Source: an uncultured Bacteroidota bacterium (GTDB lineage Bacteria; Bacteroidota; Ignavibacteria; UBA10030; UBA6906). From it: a DNA stretch of 64,000 nucleotides. The position numbers and the translations under genes were made by a program. Every line of letters begins with the position of its first letter. Positions within the stretch are counted from its first letter, which is position 1. The notes below the pieces were generated by a model. That model searched no databases and had not been told where the DNA came from. It worked only from the letters and a program-made list of their open reading frames with translations. The stretch is from positions 1,216,001 to 1,280,000 of the forward strand of contig CAVOYH010000003.1 of NCBI GenBank assembly GCA_963700635.1, read 5' to 3'. Shown here in pieces: positions 1-10,237 of this stretch.

Positions 1-24
1 ATCTTTGTAGCCATCGTTCTCCAA
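1..24 (-). CDS. 5' end of a gene running off the window edge (TTG start, MENDGYKD...)
   Basis: AAGGAGG Shine-Dalgarno just upstream of a TTG at 24. Only 8 codons are visible; an ATG at 14 in another frame is an alternative. Confidence 0.35.
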
Positions 25-93
25 TGTTAACTCCTCCTTGTACAGTAAGTGAGTTGCCTACCGGTTCTCCCCGTCGGTGCGGAGGGTGTTCCG

Positions 94-2361
94 TTATCGT
101 TTGATGAGCGCGACTTTTCCAGCGGCAACCGTGCTGCCATCCTTTGCATAAGCCACGATGATATACACACCCGAGGCAACCACTTCTCCCCTGACATCCT
201 TGCCATCCCACGTGCCGATCAAACCGCCCGGTGTGGTAATATTGCGCACGACGTTGCCGTCGACGGTCAGAATCTTCATCTCCGATCCGGCTACCAGTCC
301 GCTGACCGTGAGAGGATCCGGAGAGGGGACAATAAACGGATTCGGATAGACGGTCAGTCCGTCGAATGCCGCCCGCGGCGCCGCGGCCGGGGTCGTGAGA
401 CTTGCCAATCCTGACATCGTGCCAATGTAGACGGTTCCCGTCCTGGAATCCACTCCGATTGATTTGATGTCGTTATCCATCAACTTTCCGGCCGTATTCT
501 CAACGGTATACGAAGCAAGTGTCTGCGTCCCATCGGGAGAGAGGAGGAACACGCCTTCCGTTGTCCCGACCCATTTCTGATTCAGGGGATCCTGTGCGAT
601 GGTGTTCACCACCAGTCCGTTCAGGGGTTTGTACGCGGCGATAGCGCCTGTCCGGGTTGGATTGGAAGGTTCCAGGATGATGGCAATACCACGATCGGTG
701 CCCACCCAGATGTCATTGTCGCGGTCGACAAGGAGGGTTTTGACCTCACTGCTGGGCAGTCCGTTGGAGGCTCCCAGAAGAAAGGCGGCAGTACTGTCAA
801 TCGTTCCGGCATTGCCCAGAGAAATCAACCCGCGATACGCAGGGTCGCGAACAGTTGCCCAGACATTGTCGAACGCATCGATGGCGATGCAGCGATCCAC
901 CGGGCGATCCATCAGGCTGGTCATCTTGATGCCATTGATCATGGCAGGGAAAAACGACCAGGTTCCGTCAGGTTTCCGCACGGTGAACACATTCCTGTCC
1001 GCAGCCAGCACAACACTCATCCATGCATTGCCGCGACTGTCGCAGGCAACGTTGCTTACCACCACATAGTTGCGATCGGCATCCAGGCCGATCATGCCGA
1101 CATTCCGGCCATAGACAAACTGGGAATCAAGCTTTGTGCTTCCCCGCGGGATGGCAACAACACCGCGTCCGTAACTCGACGCCCATACCCTGCCATCGCA
1201 TCCGGTGGACATCCGGTAAATGTCGTTGGTGGGGAGCGGACTGTTTTCGGTCGTAAATGTTGTCCACAGCGACCCGTCATATCTGAACAAACCGCGGCCG
1301 GAGAGATCGCCTGATGCACACCACAGGATACCGTCGGGATCCACGACGAGGTTAAGAAACTGGTTGGAGTTTGGTCCGTTCGGCACGTGTGCTGACCACG
1401 TGGTCTCCCCGGTGAGTAATCCCGTTGTTGCGGTGCCCACAACGGCCTTCCCGTCGTTGCTCATGGTCAGGGCGGTCGGCGTGACGGGCAGCGCGGGACC
1501 CACGGTAGTGACGACGTTCGAGGGTGAGATGGAAAATACAACTTTGTCAAGTGTGGTGGCGATAAGTTGTGTCGCAGAGGACGAAAGAGCAACCACACTC
1601 TTCCCGCTGAGTGCCGATACTTCGGTCCACACGCCGTTCTCCTCGACGTAGAGTCCCGCGGAGGTGCCGGCGTAGAGCTTGCCCGCAAAAACATCCAGGA
1701 CCCTGGGAATCGTTGCGGTCCCGCCCACAATCTGGAGTGTCCATGCCTCCGGAGGCAGCAGGTTTGGATTGGCAAGCGACGCGGACGCAACGCGGTTGAC
1801 GGACTGTCCGTCGGAAACACAGGCCCACATTTTTCCGGCATGGATTGCGGCAGATGTCACCGCGCTCCGTGTTCCTGCGGGTATTGTACCAAAGCGTGAG
1901 TAGGTATCGCCAAATTCAAAACGCCGGATGTGGAAAAGGCTCAGACCAAACTCGGTGGAAAACAGGGCGGTGTCGCCGACGATCGTGATCGCATTGATCT
2001 TTTTGTTGGTCTGATTTGACGAGGCGATATCCAGAACAGGCCGGATGGTACCCGTTGACGGGGTGTACACATGGAGCGTGCCGTTGGTGCTTCCGGTCCA
2101 CACGTCGCCCTGCCGATCGACATTCACGGCGGTGAGATCAATTGTCCGCAGTCCTTCGGCATTTGTCAGAAGGAGATACTGTTCGGAAGCGGGTGTCCAG
2201 CGGAAGAGGCCGCCCGAGGTGGCAGCCCAGAAGGTTGTGCCGTCGCGGACGACAGCACGGACGTCCTTCATTGATGTGTAATTGCGCCACGTCCCCGATG
2301 CGCCCAGAGCGCACAGTGGTGCGAGGAGAACAGCCGCACAGACATACCACCCTCTCTTCAT
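94..2361 (-). CDS. porZ: PorZ-like type IX secretion system component (beta-propeller repeats plus C-terminal sorting domain)
   Basis: Signal peptide, many D-x-x-G-x-x-W-x-G-T propeller repeats, and C-terminal VYPNPF...WDGKD...ASGVYI...KVALIKR. Confidence 0.75.
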   Translation of the reverse strand: MKRGWYVCAAVLLAPLCALGASGTWRNYTSMKDVRAVVRDGTTFWAATSGGLFRWTPASEQYLLLTNAEGLRTIDLTAVNVDRQGDVWTGSTNGTLHVYTPSTGTIRPVLDIASSNQTNKKINAITIVGDTALFSTEFGLSLFHIRRFEFGDTYSRFGTIPAGTRSAVTSAAIHAGKMWACVSDGQSVNRVASASLANPNLLPPEAWTLQIVGGTATIPRVLDVFAGKLYAGTSAGLYVEENGVWTEVSALSGKSVVALSSSATQLIATTLDKVVFSISPSNVVTTVGPALPVTPTALTMSNDGKAVVGTATTGLLTGETTWSAHVPNGPNSNQFLNLVVDPDGILWCASGDLSGRGLFRYDGSLWTTFTTENSPLPTNDIYRMSTGCDGRVWASSYGRGVVAIPRGSTKLDSQFVYGRNVGMIGLDADRNYVVVSNVACDSRGNAWMSVVLAADRNVFTVRKPDGTWSFFPAMINGIKMTSLMDRPVDRCIAIDAFDNVWATVRDPAYRGLISLGNAGTIDSTAAFLLGASNGLPSSEVKTLLVDRDNDIWVGTDRGIAIILEPSNPTRTGAIAAYKPLNGLVVNTIAQDPLNQKWVGTTEGVFLLSPDGTQTLASYTVENTAGKLMDNDIKSIGVDSRTGTVYIGTMSGLASLTTPAAAPRAAFDGLTVYPNPFIVPSPDPLTVSGLVAGSEMKILTVDGNVVRNITTPGGLIGTWDGKDVRGEVVASGVYIIVAYAKDGSTVAAGKVALIKR

Positions 2362-2371
2362 TGCGATGTGC

Positions 2372-2860
2372 CTACCCCCCCGCTCTCTTCTTTTTGTTGT
2401 GCAGTTGTCTGTGAACGTGGAGCAATTCCATGACGCTTAAGGCGGCATCCCACCCCTTGTTTCCGGCTTTTGCACCGGCGCGTTCAAGCGCTTGTTCGAG
2501 GGTCTCTGTCGTGAGCACGCCGAAGGTCAACGGAACTCCTGTCTGAAGAGCCACCGATCCGAGGTCGCGAGCAACCCCCGATGCAATATATTCAAAATGA
2601 GGAGTGTCTCCCCGGATGACACAGCCCAGACAAATGACAGCATCGGCGGTACCTGTGCGGGCGACCTGGAGTGCTGCCTGGGGGATTTCGAATGCACCTG
2701 GGACATAGATCGTGGTAATGGCGTTCTCGTTGCCGCCGTGTCGCAGCAGACAGTCAACGGCGCCCGACACAAGTTGTTGGGTTATCAGACTGTTAAACCG
2801 GCTGACAACCAGAGCGAAGGTGGATCCCTCGGCGGTAATCTGACCTTGAATAGTGCGCAT
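2372..2860 (-). CDS. ribH: 6,7-dimethyl-8-ribityllumazine synthase
   Basis: SRFN, VPGAFEIP, LGCVIRGDTPHFEYI and NKGWDAA motifs. Confidence 0.97.
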   Translation of the reverse strand: MRTIQGQITAEGSTFALVVSRFNSLITQQLVSGAVDCLLRHGGNENAITTIYVPGAFEIPQAALQVARTGTADAVICLGCVIRGDTPHFEYIASGVARDLGSVALQTGVPLTFGVLTTETLEQALERAGAKAGNKGWDAALSVMELLHVHRQLHNKKKRAGG

Positions 2861-3146
2861 GGAATTCTTCCCTTATATCACAACATTCATCACAAACATC
2901 CGTCATCCCCAGGGCCGATCCACGATGGAGGCCCAACCCGGCTTTCTGCCGACCGCCGTATTCTTCCCTTGCCACCGCCGGGACTCCGTCAGGATATCTC
3001 CGACAGAGCGTCAAGTGTTCGCACACACACGCGGGAGGGTTTTAAGGAGGTGGTGCGGGTCACCTCGAGCGTCGCTGGAAGGGGGCAGGGTACGGTCCGG
3101 TTTCCCTTCGCGGCGTTCCTGTCGGGAAGAAAGAACGAAGAAAGGC

Positions 3147-3830
3147 CTACAGATACCTGCTTTTGAATTTCTCGTAGTCGTTGATGATCAGCTTTCCGCG
3201 CTCGATCTCAATGTGGCCTTCCCGGATAAACGAGTGAATCATCCGGGAGATGGTTTCACGTGAGGTACCGGCCATATTTGCAAGATCCTGTTGCAGGGGA
3301 AGCTCATCAATTTCGACCCGACCCTTGCGGATCTTTCCGATATCATCGGCAAGCTGCAGCACCACGTTTGCGACCCGTCCCGCAGCATCTTTCAAAGACA
3401 GGCTCTTGATCATTGCGTCTGCTTTGCGCAAACGCATCGTCAATTCCTTGAGGAGGGCAATAGCCACGGAGGGGAAATCGTGCAGCAACTTCAGGAAATC
3501 CCTTCGGTGGATCATAAACAATTCAGCTTTGGTCGTCGCCACGACGCTGGCACTGCGGGCCAGACCATCCAGGATGGCCATTTCGCCAAAGAAGTCACTT
3601 TCCCCCAAAATCGATAAGATTACCTCGCGTCCGTCATCATCCATCCGTAAAATCTTCACCTTGCCGGTTACGATGACAAAGAGGGCTGCTCCGGCTTCTT
3701 CTTCGAGCAGGATGATGCTCCCTTTTTTGTATTTTTTACGAACCCCGACTTTGGAAATCGTATCAAGGTCCATCGCCTCGAGATCGCTGAGGATCGGGAC
3801 ATTCTTAAGGAATTCCAGGTCGTCCTTCAT
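3147..3830 (-). CDS. Crp/Fnr family transcriptional regulator
   Basis: cNMP-binding domain (FFGEMAIL...ARSASV) plus HTH (QQDLANMAGTSRETISR). Start placed at ATG 3830, downstream of the predicted promoter. Confidence 0.93.
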   Translation of the reverse strand: MKDDLEFLKNVPILSDLEAMDLDTISKVGVRKKYKKGSIILLEEEAGAALFVIVTGKVKILRMDDDGREVILSILGESDFFGEMAILDGLARSASVVATTKAELFMIHRRDFLKLLHDFPSVAIALLKELTMRLRKADAMIKSLSLKDAAGRVANVVLQLADDIGKIRKGRVEIDELPLQQDLANMAGTSRETISRMIHSFIREGHIEIERGKLIINDYEKFKSRYL

Positions 3831-3890
3831 TGGGGGGCTGGCATGTGGTAAAGGCGCGTGTCCAGGCGATACGACCGATCGCAATGGTCA

Positions 3891-3919
3891 AATATAGGTC
3901 GTGCAACCGTGAAAGTCAA
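3891..3919 (-). promoter_or_regulatory. Sigma70-type promoter for the Crp-family gene
   Basis: TTGACT-N17-TATATT(TG) on the minus strand. Confidence 0.7.
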
Positions 3920-3947
3920 GGTTTGCAAGAGGTTACGGCGATTCCTC

Positions 3948-4757
3948 CTATTCCGAGATCAGCAGGTAGCAGAACAAGGCCAGCCCGACCTGGGTAAGTG
4001 CAAACGAAACCCCCGCCCACGTGTCCAGCCGACGCCGCTCGGTGAGCAAGGCCGGAGTACCACTCTGTAAATATGCCGCCTGCCGTTCATCTGCGGCAAT
4101 TTTGAAGTATGCAGCAGCGATGCCTGCAAGCACAGACACACCCCCACTGACGTACAATCCGATACGGCGGGTGGACCACCCGTCAGGAGAGACGAAGAGC
4201 TGGGACTCGTCTGGGGGGAGCCGCTGCCAACCGGCCTTGAGCGCCGTTTGAAACACACTTCCCGAAAGCTCAGAAGCACCAAGAGAAACAGTCTCAAAAC
4301 CCTCTTTTTTCAATGCAACGCGCAGGCCCGGGTGAAGAAGTGAAGGGTGCAAGAGGAAGGGTGTTGTGCCGGCAAGCGAGTCGTCAAGATACACGCCGGC
4401 ACCCGAGGGCTGGCTGTTTACCGAGACATACGAACGGACAGCATAGTGAAGGGTTTGTGTCTGGCCCGGGGCCAGCACCAGTGAGTCCGTGACCGTGGTT
4501 CCAAGCCAGCTTTCAATGTGGGGATGGCTGATCCTGAAGATGTACGTTCCCGGCCTGAGGGAGTCTGCCGCGAAAGGAGTTCGCCCGACATAGGATCCAT
4601 CAAGAAAAACAAGTGCGCTGTCGATGTCGGCGAAGATCTTCACCCCTGCCACCTCACTGACAGTAACAGAATCATCAGGAGACGGCCTGGTGAACGCATA
4701 TTCCCCGCAGCACACCAGGAGGGCGAGGCATGTAATCGTTGTGCGAGCGCTGATCAT
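3948..4757 (-). CDS. PEGA domain membrane protein
   Basis: Two PEGA-like repeats (ALVFLDGSYVGRTP; SQPSGAGVYLDDSLAGTTP), an N-terminal signal and two C-terminal TM helices. Confidence 0.8.
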   Translation of the reverse strand: MISARTTITCLALLVCCGEYAFTRPSPDDSVTVSEVAGVKIFADIDSALVFLDGSYVGRTPFAADSLRPGTYIFRISHPHIESWLGTTVTDSLVLAPGQTQTLHYAVRSYVSVNSQPSGAGVYLDDSLAGTTPFLLHPSLLHPGLRVALKKEGFETVSLGASELSGSVFQTALKAGWQRLPPDESQLFVSPDGWSTRRIGLYVSGGVSVLAGIAAAYFKIAADERQAAYLQSGTPALLTERRRLDTWAGVSFALTQVGLALFCYLLISE

Positions 4758-5980
4758 TTTTTCCCCTCCCGGAAGGCCTGGAGGATCCGGTTATCCCCGG
4801 CGACAAAGATACGCCCCACCCCAATGATCGGTGTCGTTTTGATTCTGCCCCCGGTCGTGCCGCGCCATACAACCTCTCCCGTCTTACGCTGGAGTGCCAG
4901 AAGGTCCTTTCTGAGTGTTCCTGCGTAAACGTATTGGCCGGAACCGACGATTCCGGAATTGATAGGGGCACGGACGTCCGTCTCCCACACCAGCAATCCT
5001 GTCGCGCGATTGATCGCGACGACGCGCCCTGCTGTTGTGCCGACGATCACGAGGGCAGAATCGACAAGCGCGGAACCATAGATCGACCCTCCCGCGTCAT
5101 AGGACCACAGTGCAGTTCCGGTCGTCATGGCAATTGCGAGAATTTTGCCTTCCAGCGTTCCGACAAACAGGTCGCCCTGATGGATCACCGCTGGTGCATA
5201 CACTGCTGCGCCGGCATCAAACCGCCACCGCAATGTGCCGGATGATGCAACCAGATGATAGAGAAACCCATCATCTGCTCCAAAGAGAACGGATTGATCA
5301 AATCCCGCCGGTGACGAACGGATTCCTTTCATCGTCGTGTTGTCCGGAAGATCAAACCTCCAGAGTTCTCCTCCATCCTCGCGGGAGACGCAGTAGAATG
5401 TCCCAGCGGTATTTGCGATGAAGATCCGGGATTCCAGAAGGAGTGGAGATACGTGGATGTCGCCGAGCATCTGGCGCCAGCGGGTCTTTCCTTCCAGCAG
5501 ATCATAGGCGACCAGGGACTCGCGCGACCCGACGAGAGGGACGATGGCAAGGTTGCCGTCGATGACCGGCGCGCCATGGATCGCTCCGCCAAGGCCCACC
5601 CATCCATACCGTTTGCCGGTGCGGGCGTCGAAGGCGTATAGCTCACCGCGGAGATTGCCGAGAAAGAGCACACTATCAACAAGCAACGGTGCGCCCTCAC
5701 CGAAGCCTGCGGTCAGATTCTGTTCCCATTCAAGAAACAGCGGGGGGTCCGAGATGGGCTGCCGGTCATTGTTGCGCAGCGTGTTTCCATTAAACGTCCG
5801 GATGTCTGCTTCCTGGTCCCGCAGAGGATACGGGAGCCGGAGTCCGCCACACCCTGCGAGAACACCGATCAGCAGCGCGGCGATGGTCACCCTGGACGCT
5901 GCCGCAGTGCGTCCGGCAGCCGCAGGTGACAGCGAGGTCACGTCGCCATAGCAAGAGGTGCTTGACATCAGAAGTCCCAT
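4754..5980 (-). CDS. PQQ-type beta-propeller lipoprotein, BamB-like
   Basis: Lipobox LAGC and repeated A-x-D-x-x-T-G-x-x-x-W blades. True start may be slightly downstream. Confidence 0.8.
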   Translation of the reverse strand: MGLLMSSTSCYGDVTSLSPAAAGRTAAASRVTIAALLIGVLAGCGGLRLPYPLRDQEADIRTFNGNTLRNNDRQPISDPPLFLEWEQNLTAGFGEGAPLLVDSVLFLGNLRGELYAFDARTGKRYGWVGLGGAIHGAPVIDGNLAIVPLVGSRESLVAYDLLEGKTRWRQMLGDIHVSPLLLESRIFIANTAGTFYCVSREDGGELWRFDLPDNTTMKGIRSSPAGFDQSVLFGADDGFLYHLVASSGTLRWRFDAGAAVYAPAVIHQGDLFVGTLEGKILAIAMTTGTALWSYDAGGSIYGSALVDSALVIVGTTAGRVVAINRATGLLVWETDVRAPINSGIVGSGQYVYAGTLRKDLLALQRKTGEVVWRGTTGGRIKTTPIIGVGRIFVAGDNRILQAFREGKK

Positions 5981-8808
5981 CCGAAAAAGAACTGATGAAA
6001 GATGCCGTTCTGAAATCGTGAAAAATTGTCTTCGATACGTTTTCCCACGTCATACCGCAGGACGAGGAATCCTCCCAGGTTCATCCGCAGCCCTGCTCCG
6101 GTGCTCCCCAGGGTCTCGACATAGCTGCGGTCCCAGGCTCCGCCCGCATCGACGAACAACGCGCCGCGAATGGAGAAGAAACTTAGCCCGAATATCGGAA
6201 AGCGGATTGCGAGTTCGTCGATGAACGGAAAACGTAATTCATGGCTGGTAAGCCAGAGCTTCTCCCCCCGGATAGTCCACCGATCGAATCCGCGTAGGTC
6301 CCAGCTTCCCCCCATCACAAAACGGCGCGACTCTTTGCCATGATTGTAAAAGACCCAGAAACGGGATGCGAACGCGCTTCGTTGTGAAAGGCGTGCGTAG
6401 TGACGGTAATCGGCGATGACGGTAAAATAGTTGACGTTTGAATATTGGATATCCGACGTGTACGCAAGGGTAAGATTGAACCGGCTGCCGTCCAGCGGGC
6501 CGCTGGGCCCCCAGAGGGAATTATCGTGTGTCAGGGATATCGAATTGGAGACGAGCAGCGCTTTCCGTTGTTCGATGGTTCCGTCCACTTCACGGTTGGA
6601 ATTACTCAGACTGATCCCCGTTTCAATACGCTGAAATTTCGTGAGGGGGTAACTCAGCGCAAAGTACCCTCCGAAGACACGTTCGTAGTAAAACTCATCC
6701 TTTGACGTAAGATCGTAGCGCCTGCCCGTGAAGCGATAAATGCCGTATGCGTAACTTGTGCGCTGACTCAGTGAGATTCGCGAGATGGCAATATTAAAAC
6801 TTGACAGGAGCTCGTCCTGTGACTGGGCGGTATTATAGAGAAGAAAGTAGTACTGGTCGTTGCCAAGGAGGTCGCTTAATGCCACAAAAGCGCCGCCGGA
6901 CGTGCCGAATACCGGATCGGTGGAGATGGCGCTCTGGGCGATATCCAGACTGTAGTCTCCCCGGTATTTGAGTCGTTCCACGCCGGACTCCCCGGAAATC
7001 GAGCGCGCCTCCCACGGCCGTTCTCTGTCATACAGGTCCATGATGCGGACCGTGGTTGACGTGTCGCGGACCGACCGTACGTTTTGCAGGGATTGCAGCC
7101 GGAAGCTGAACCGTTCAAAGGTGGCGAACACGAGGTCCCCTGATGACGTCCACGCCGGGTCAAAAGCCGAAGTGACAAACGACGTGACGCGTGTCATCGT
7201 GCGCATTCCGCCCGGATGTGTTTTGTTCGGGTCCGTGATCCATATATTGCTGGTGCCGTCAACATCGGAGGTGAATGCCAGCATGGAGCCGTCACGGGAC
7301 CATGCGGGGGATGCGTCGAGTTGAGCACCGCATGTAATGTACCGTATGTCGTTGCTGGTGAGGTCGAAGAGGAACAAATTGTATTTTCCCTGCTGGCCAT
7401 ACGGAGTCCGGTCGGAACTGAACGCGATCTGATCGCCGGTTGGAGACCAGGCCGGATCACGATCGTCAAAGTAGTCTTTGGTCAGCCGTTGCAGCGCGCG
7501 GGTTTTGGTATTGAGCATGTACAGGTCATTCTGTCCCGCCCTGTCAATGGCCGAGAAAGCGACACGTATGCCATCTGCTGCCCAGGACGTGGAACCAATG
7601 CTGACAATATCACGGAACCGGAACGTGTCAACGAGGTCATCGGCAAGGACGTCGTACAGATGCAGGGCATCGTGTTCGCCGCTTTTGGTAACAAACGCGA
7701 GTGTTCCTTGACGCGAAATGTCAATGCGACTCCGGAAGGGATGGAAGGCCTCAAATTCGTCGGTCTGTTCTCCCTCCACGACGTTCTCGGCGTCCTCCTC
7801 GTCCCTGTCCCCCGGCTTCTTCTCACGGAGAGCTTTCCGATAGATTCCCGTATATCCGGTCCGATTCCCGATGAAGTACACCTCGCGTGTCGTGTCGTGC
7901 TCGAACACCACGGGCTTGCTGCTAAAGCCTTCCATGGCGACCTTGCGCATCACCTTGCTGGGTTGATCTTTTGACGCGAGCAGGGGGTAATACTGTTTCT
8001 TCAGCTGGTATAACCACTCTTCATCAAATTCCTTGAATGTTTTTCCGATGGTTGTCTTCAGGAGATCATTAAAGGACGGTTCTTTCCAGAAGTTTTCCAT
8101 CAGGAGAAGGATTTTCTCTTCACCATAGTGCTTGCCGATGTGCATCAGGATGTTCTGCCCCGCCTTGTACATAAGGAAGGAGCCGTAAATGCGTGGCATG
8201 TCCTCAAGTCCGACAATGATATTGCTCAGGACAGCGTCTCTCATCACCATCTCCGCCTGTGAATCCCATTCGGTCGACCAGTATTCCGCGAGACCTTCCA
8301 CGAACCAGAGTGGTGGATACCGGTCCTGGGTCTTCCGATGATCGGTAAGAACTCGACTCACCTTGCTGTGCATAAACACGTGGACCAGTTCATGTCTGAT
8401 GACGTGGCGGAACTGGGAGGTGGAACCGTCGGAGGGAATGACAACCCGGCCTTTCAGGAATTCAAAAAAACCGCCGACGCCTTCGGGGATAAATCCCCCG
8501 ATCGTGTTCGTCTGTTGAAAATGGAGATGGGAACTGTAGAAAATCAGGGGGACGCGTGTATTCAGGGAGTGATTAAACCGGACTTCGAGGCCGCGGTATG
8601 CTTCTTCGGCAAAAAACGCCCCCCTCTCCGCCAGCTCCTTCATTTCGGGATAATAGTAAATGTCAAAGTGCTCGGTCTTGAGGACGTGCCACTCAAAATC
8701 GGTATACTGCACTTTGTTCCGCCCGAAGTAGAAGAACTGTGCATGCGCAATCGCACCGATCGTTACAAGGGTGAAAAGAAGGAACATTCTGAAGGAAAAA
8801 CGCTTCAT
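5968..8808 (-). CDS. Omp85/BamA-TamA family outer membrane protein with N-terminal metallopeptidase-like and TolB/PD40 domains
   Basis: Signal peptide; HELVH plus WFVEGLAEY; PAWSP-type PD40 repeats; barrel with LRGF loop motif ending in FFFGWDF. Confidence 0.8.
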   Translation of the reverse strand: MKRFSFRMFLLFTLVTIGAIAHAQFFYFGRNKVQYTDFEWHVLKTEHFDIYYYPEMKELAERGAFFAEEAYRGLEVRFNHSLNTRVPLIFYSSHLHFQQTNTIGGFIPEGVGGFFEFLKGRVVIPSDGSTSQFRHVIRHELVHVFMHSKVSRVLTDHRKTQDRYPPLWFVEGLAEYWSTEWDSQAEMVMRDAVLSNIIVGLEDMPRIYGSFLMYKAGQNILMHIGKHYGEEKILLLMENFWKEPSFNDLLKTTIGKTFKEFDEEWLYQLKKQYYPLLASKDQPSKVMRKVAMEGFSSKPVVFEHDTTREVYFIGNRTGYTGIYRKALREKKPGDRDEEDAENVVEGEQTDEFEAFHPFRSRIDISRQGTLAFVTKSGEHDALHLYDVLADDLVDTFRFRDIVSIGSTSWAADGIRVAFSAIDRAGQNDLYMLNTKTRALQRLTKDYFDDRDPAWSPTGDQIAFSSDRTPYGQQGKYNLFLFDLTSNDIRYITCGAQLDASPAWSRDGSMLAFTSDVDGTSNIWITDPNKTHPGGMRTMTRVTSFVTSAFDPAWTSSGDLVFATFERFSFRLQSLQNVRSVRDTSTTVRIMDLYDRERPWEARSISGESGVERLKYRGDYSLDIAQSAISTDPVFGTSGGAFVALSDLLGNDQYYFLLYNTAQSQDELLSSFNIAISRISLSQRTSYAYGIYRFTGRRYDLTSKDEFYYERVFGGYFALSYPLTKFQRIETGISLSNSNREVDGTIEQRKALLVSNSISLTHDNSLWGPSGPLDGSRFNLTLAYTSDIQYSNVNYFTVIADYRHYARLSQRSAFASRFWVFYNHGKESRRFVMGGSWDLRGFDRWTIRGEKLWLTSHELRFPFIDELAIRFPIFGLSFFSIRGALFVDAGGAWDRSYVETLGSTGAGLRMNLGGFLVLRYDVGKRIEDNFSRFQNGIFHQFFFGWDF

Positions 8809-8849
8809 GGCCGGCCCGACAAATTCCAGATGCACAACATCTTCATTTT

Positions 8850-8878
8850 ATGGTAGAAAGTTTCCGGAGAAGTTGCAA
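8850..8878 (-). promoter_or_regulatory. Sigma70-type promoter for the Omp85 operon
   Basis: TTGCAA-N17-TACCAT on the minus strand. Confidence 0.5.
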
Positions 8879-9005
8879 CCAGGAGGACTCGTCCCCTTGG
8901 ACCCGCGCGGACGCGCCTTCCACGTAAAAGAAACGTTGATTATCGGTTCACCGGGAGCGATATTGTCTTCCACACAATCGCCTTTGGGAGAACACGGAGC
9001 AAGTC

Positions 9006-10088
9006 ATGAGCACAGCACTATCCTTTCGCAGGGATGCCGCCCTGGACCTTGTTTCTCTTGGTGCCCTGGTGCACCGGCTGGATACGGGAATCACCCCGTT
9101 TCGAAAAGCAATGGATTGTCGTATTCACGTCAGCGGTGGAGAGTTTAATGTCGCCGCAAACATGGCGGATTGTTTCCGGATGAACACGGGTATTGCGACT
9201 GCGATCGTGGACTACCCAATCGGGGAACTGATCGCTGAGCGCGTGCGCGCGCTGGGTGTACGGCCATTCTACAAAAGGTTCACACACAACGGTGTAACCG
9301 GGCCGAACATGGCCACCGTGTACAGTGACCGCGGACGAGGCGTGCGCGCCCCCGTGGTATTCTACAATCGCAGCAATGAAGCTGCCGCGCTGCTGAAGCC
9401 GGGTGACTTCGACTGGCCTGCCATTTTCAGCGGTGGTGTCAAGTGGTTCCACAGCGGAGGGATTTTCGCCGCGCTGTCCGAGACAACCCCTGAGGTTATC
9501 GTTGAAGGGATGAAGGCGGCCCGGAAGGAGGGCGCAATTACCAGCTTTGACCTCAACTACAGGGAGAAACTGTGGCATATCCGGGGCGGACAGCAGAAGG
9601 CCGTCGAGGTGATGAAGCGGATCGTTGACCATGTGGACGTGCTCGTCGGGAACGAAGAAGATCTCCAAAAGTGTCTCCGGATCCCCGGTCCGGAGGTGAA
9701 GGCAACATCCCCGCTCGACCCGGCCGCGTTCTTTTCCATGACCAACACCGTTCTGAAGAGACATCCCCATCTTCACTGTGTCGCGACCACTCTGCGCGAA
9801 GTGCATTCGGCGAACCGGCATAGCTGGAGCGCAGTGGCATGGTGTAACGGGAGAAGATGTGCTGCACCGACAGTCGAACTCGATGTGTTCGACCGCGTTG
9901 GAGGAGGAGATGGATTTGTCAGCGGCTTAATCTATGGACTGCTCTCCGGTGAGACTCCCGACGAGGCCGTAAAATTGGGGTGGGCACACGGGGCACTCCT
10001 GACAACATTCCCGGGTGACACGACCATGGCGACAGCCGAGCAGGTCCACGCTTTTGCAGACGGAAATTCGGCGCGCATTCAACGTTAG
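9006..10088 (+). CDS. kdgK: PfkB family sugar kinase, 2-dehydro-3-deoxygluconokinase-like
   Basis: GGEFNVA, SFDLNYREKLW, GNEED and DRVGGGDGF signatures. Confidence 0.8.
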   Translation: MSTALSFRRDAALDLVSLGALVHRLDTGITPFRKAMDCRIHVSGGEFNVAANMADCFRMNTGIATAIVDYPIGELIAERVRALGVRPFYKRFTHNGVTGPNMATVYSDRGRGVRAPVVFYNRSNEAAALLKPGDFDWPAIFSGGVKWFHSGGIFAALSETTPEVIVEGMKAARKEGAITSFDLNYREKLWHIRGGQQKAVEVMKRIVDHVDVLVGNEEDLQKCLRIPGPEVKATSPLDPAAFFSMTNTVLKRHPHLHCVATTLREVHSANRHSWSAVAWCNGRRCAAPTVELDVFDRVGGGDGFVSGLIYGLLSGETPDEAVKLGWAHGALLTTFPGDTTMATAEQVHAFADGNSARIQR

Positions 10089-10208
10089 CCGCCCGGGTGG
10101 GCACAAAGGTGAAAGGGAGGAATCTCACCGCGCAAGGAGAAAGCTGTTGCCGCTGTGTCAGAAAAAGCGGCGGTCAGGACAACTCCGTTTCCGGTGTTCT
10201 TCCTCAAC

Positions 10209-10226
10209 CGCCGTGGTCACGGCGGG
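10209..10226. terminator. GC hairpin between convergent transcription units
   Basis: CCGCCGT-GGTC-ACGGCGG perfect stem, with no strong U tract. Confidence 0.35.
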
Positions 10227-10237
10227 GGGCTCGACGC

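Noticed and set aside
2861-3146. FMN riboswitch upstream of ribH
   Set aside because: Only a GGGGCAGGGT fragment is present, on the wrong strand; the other conserved RFN blocks are missing.
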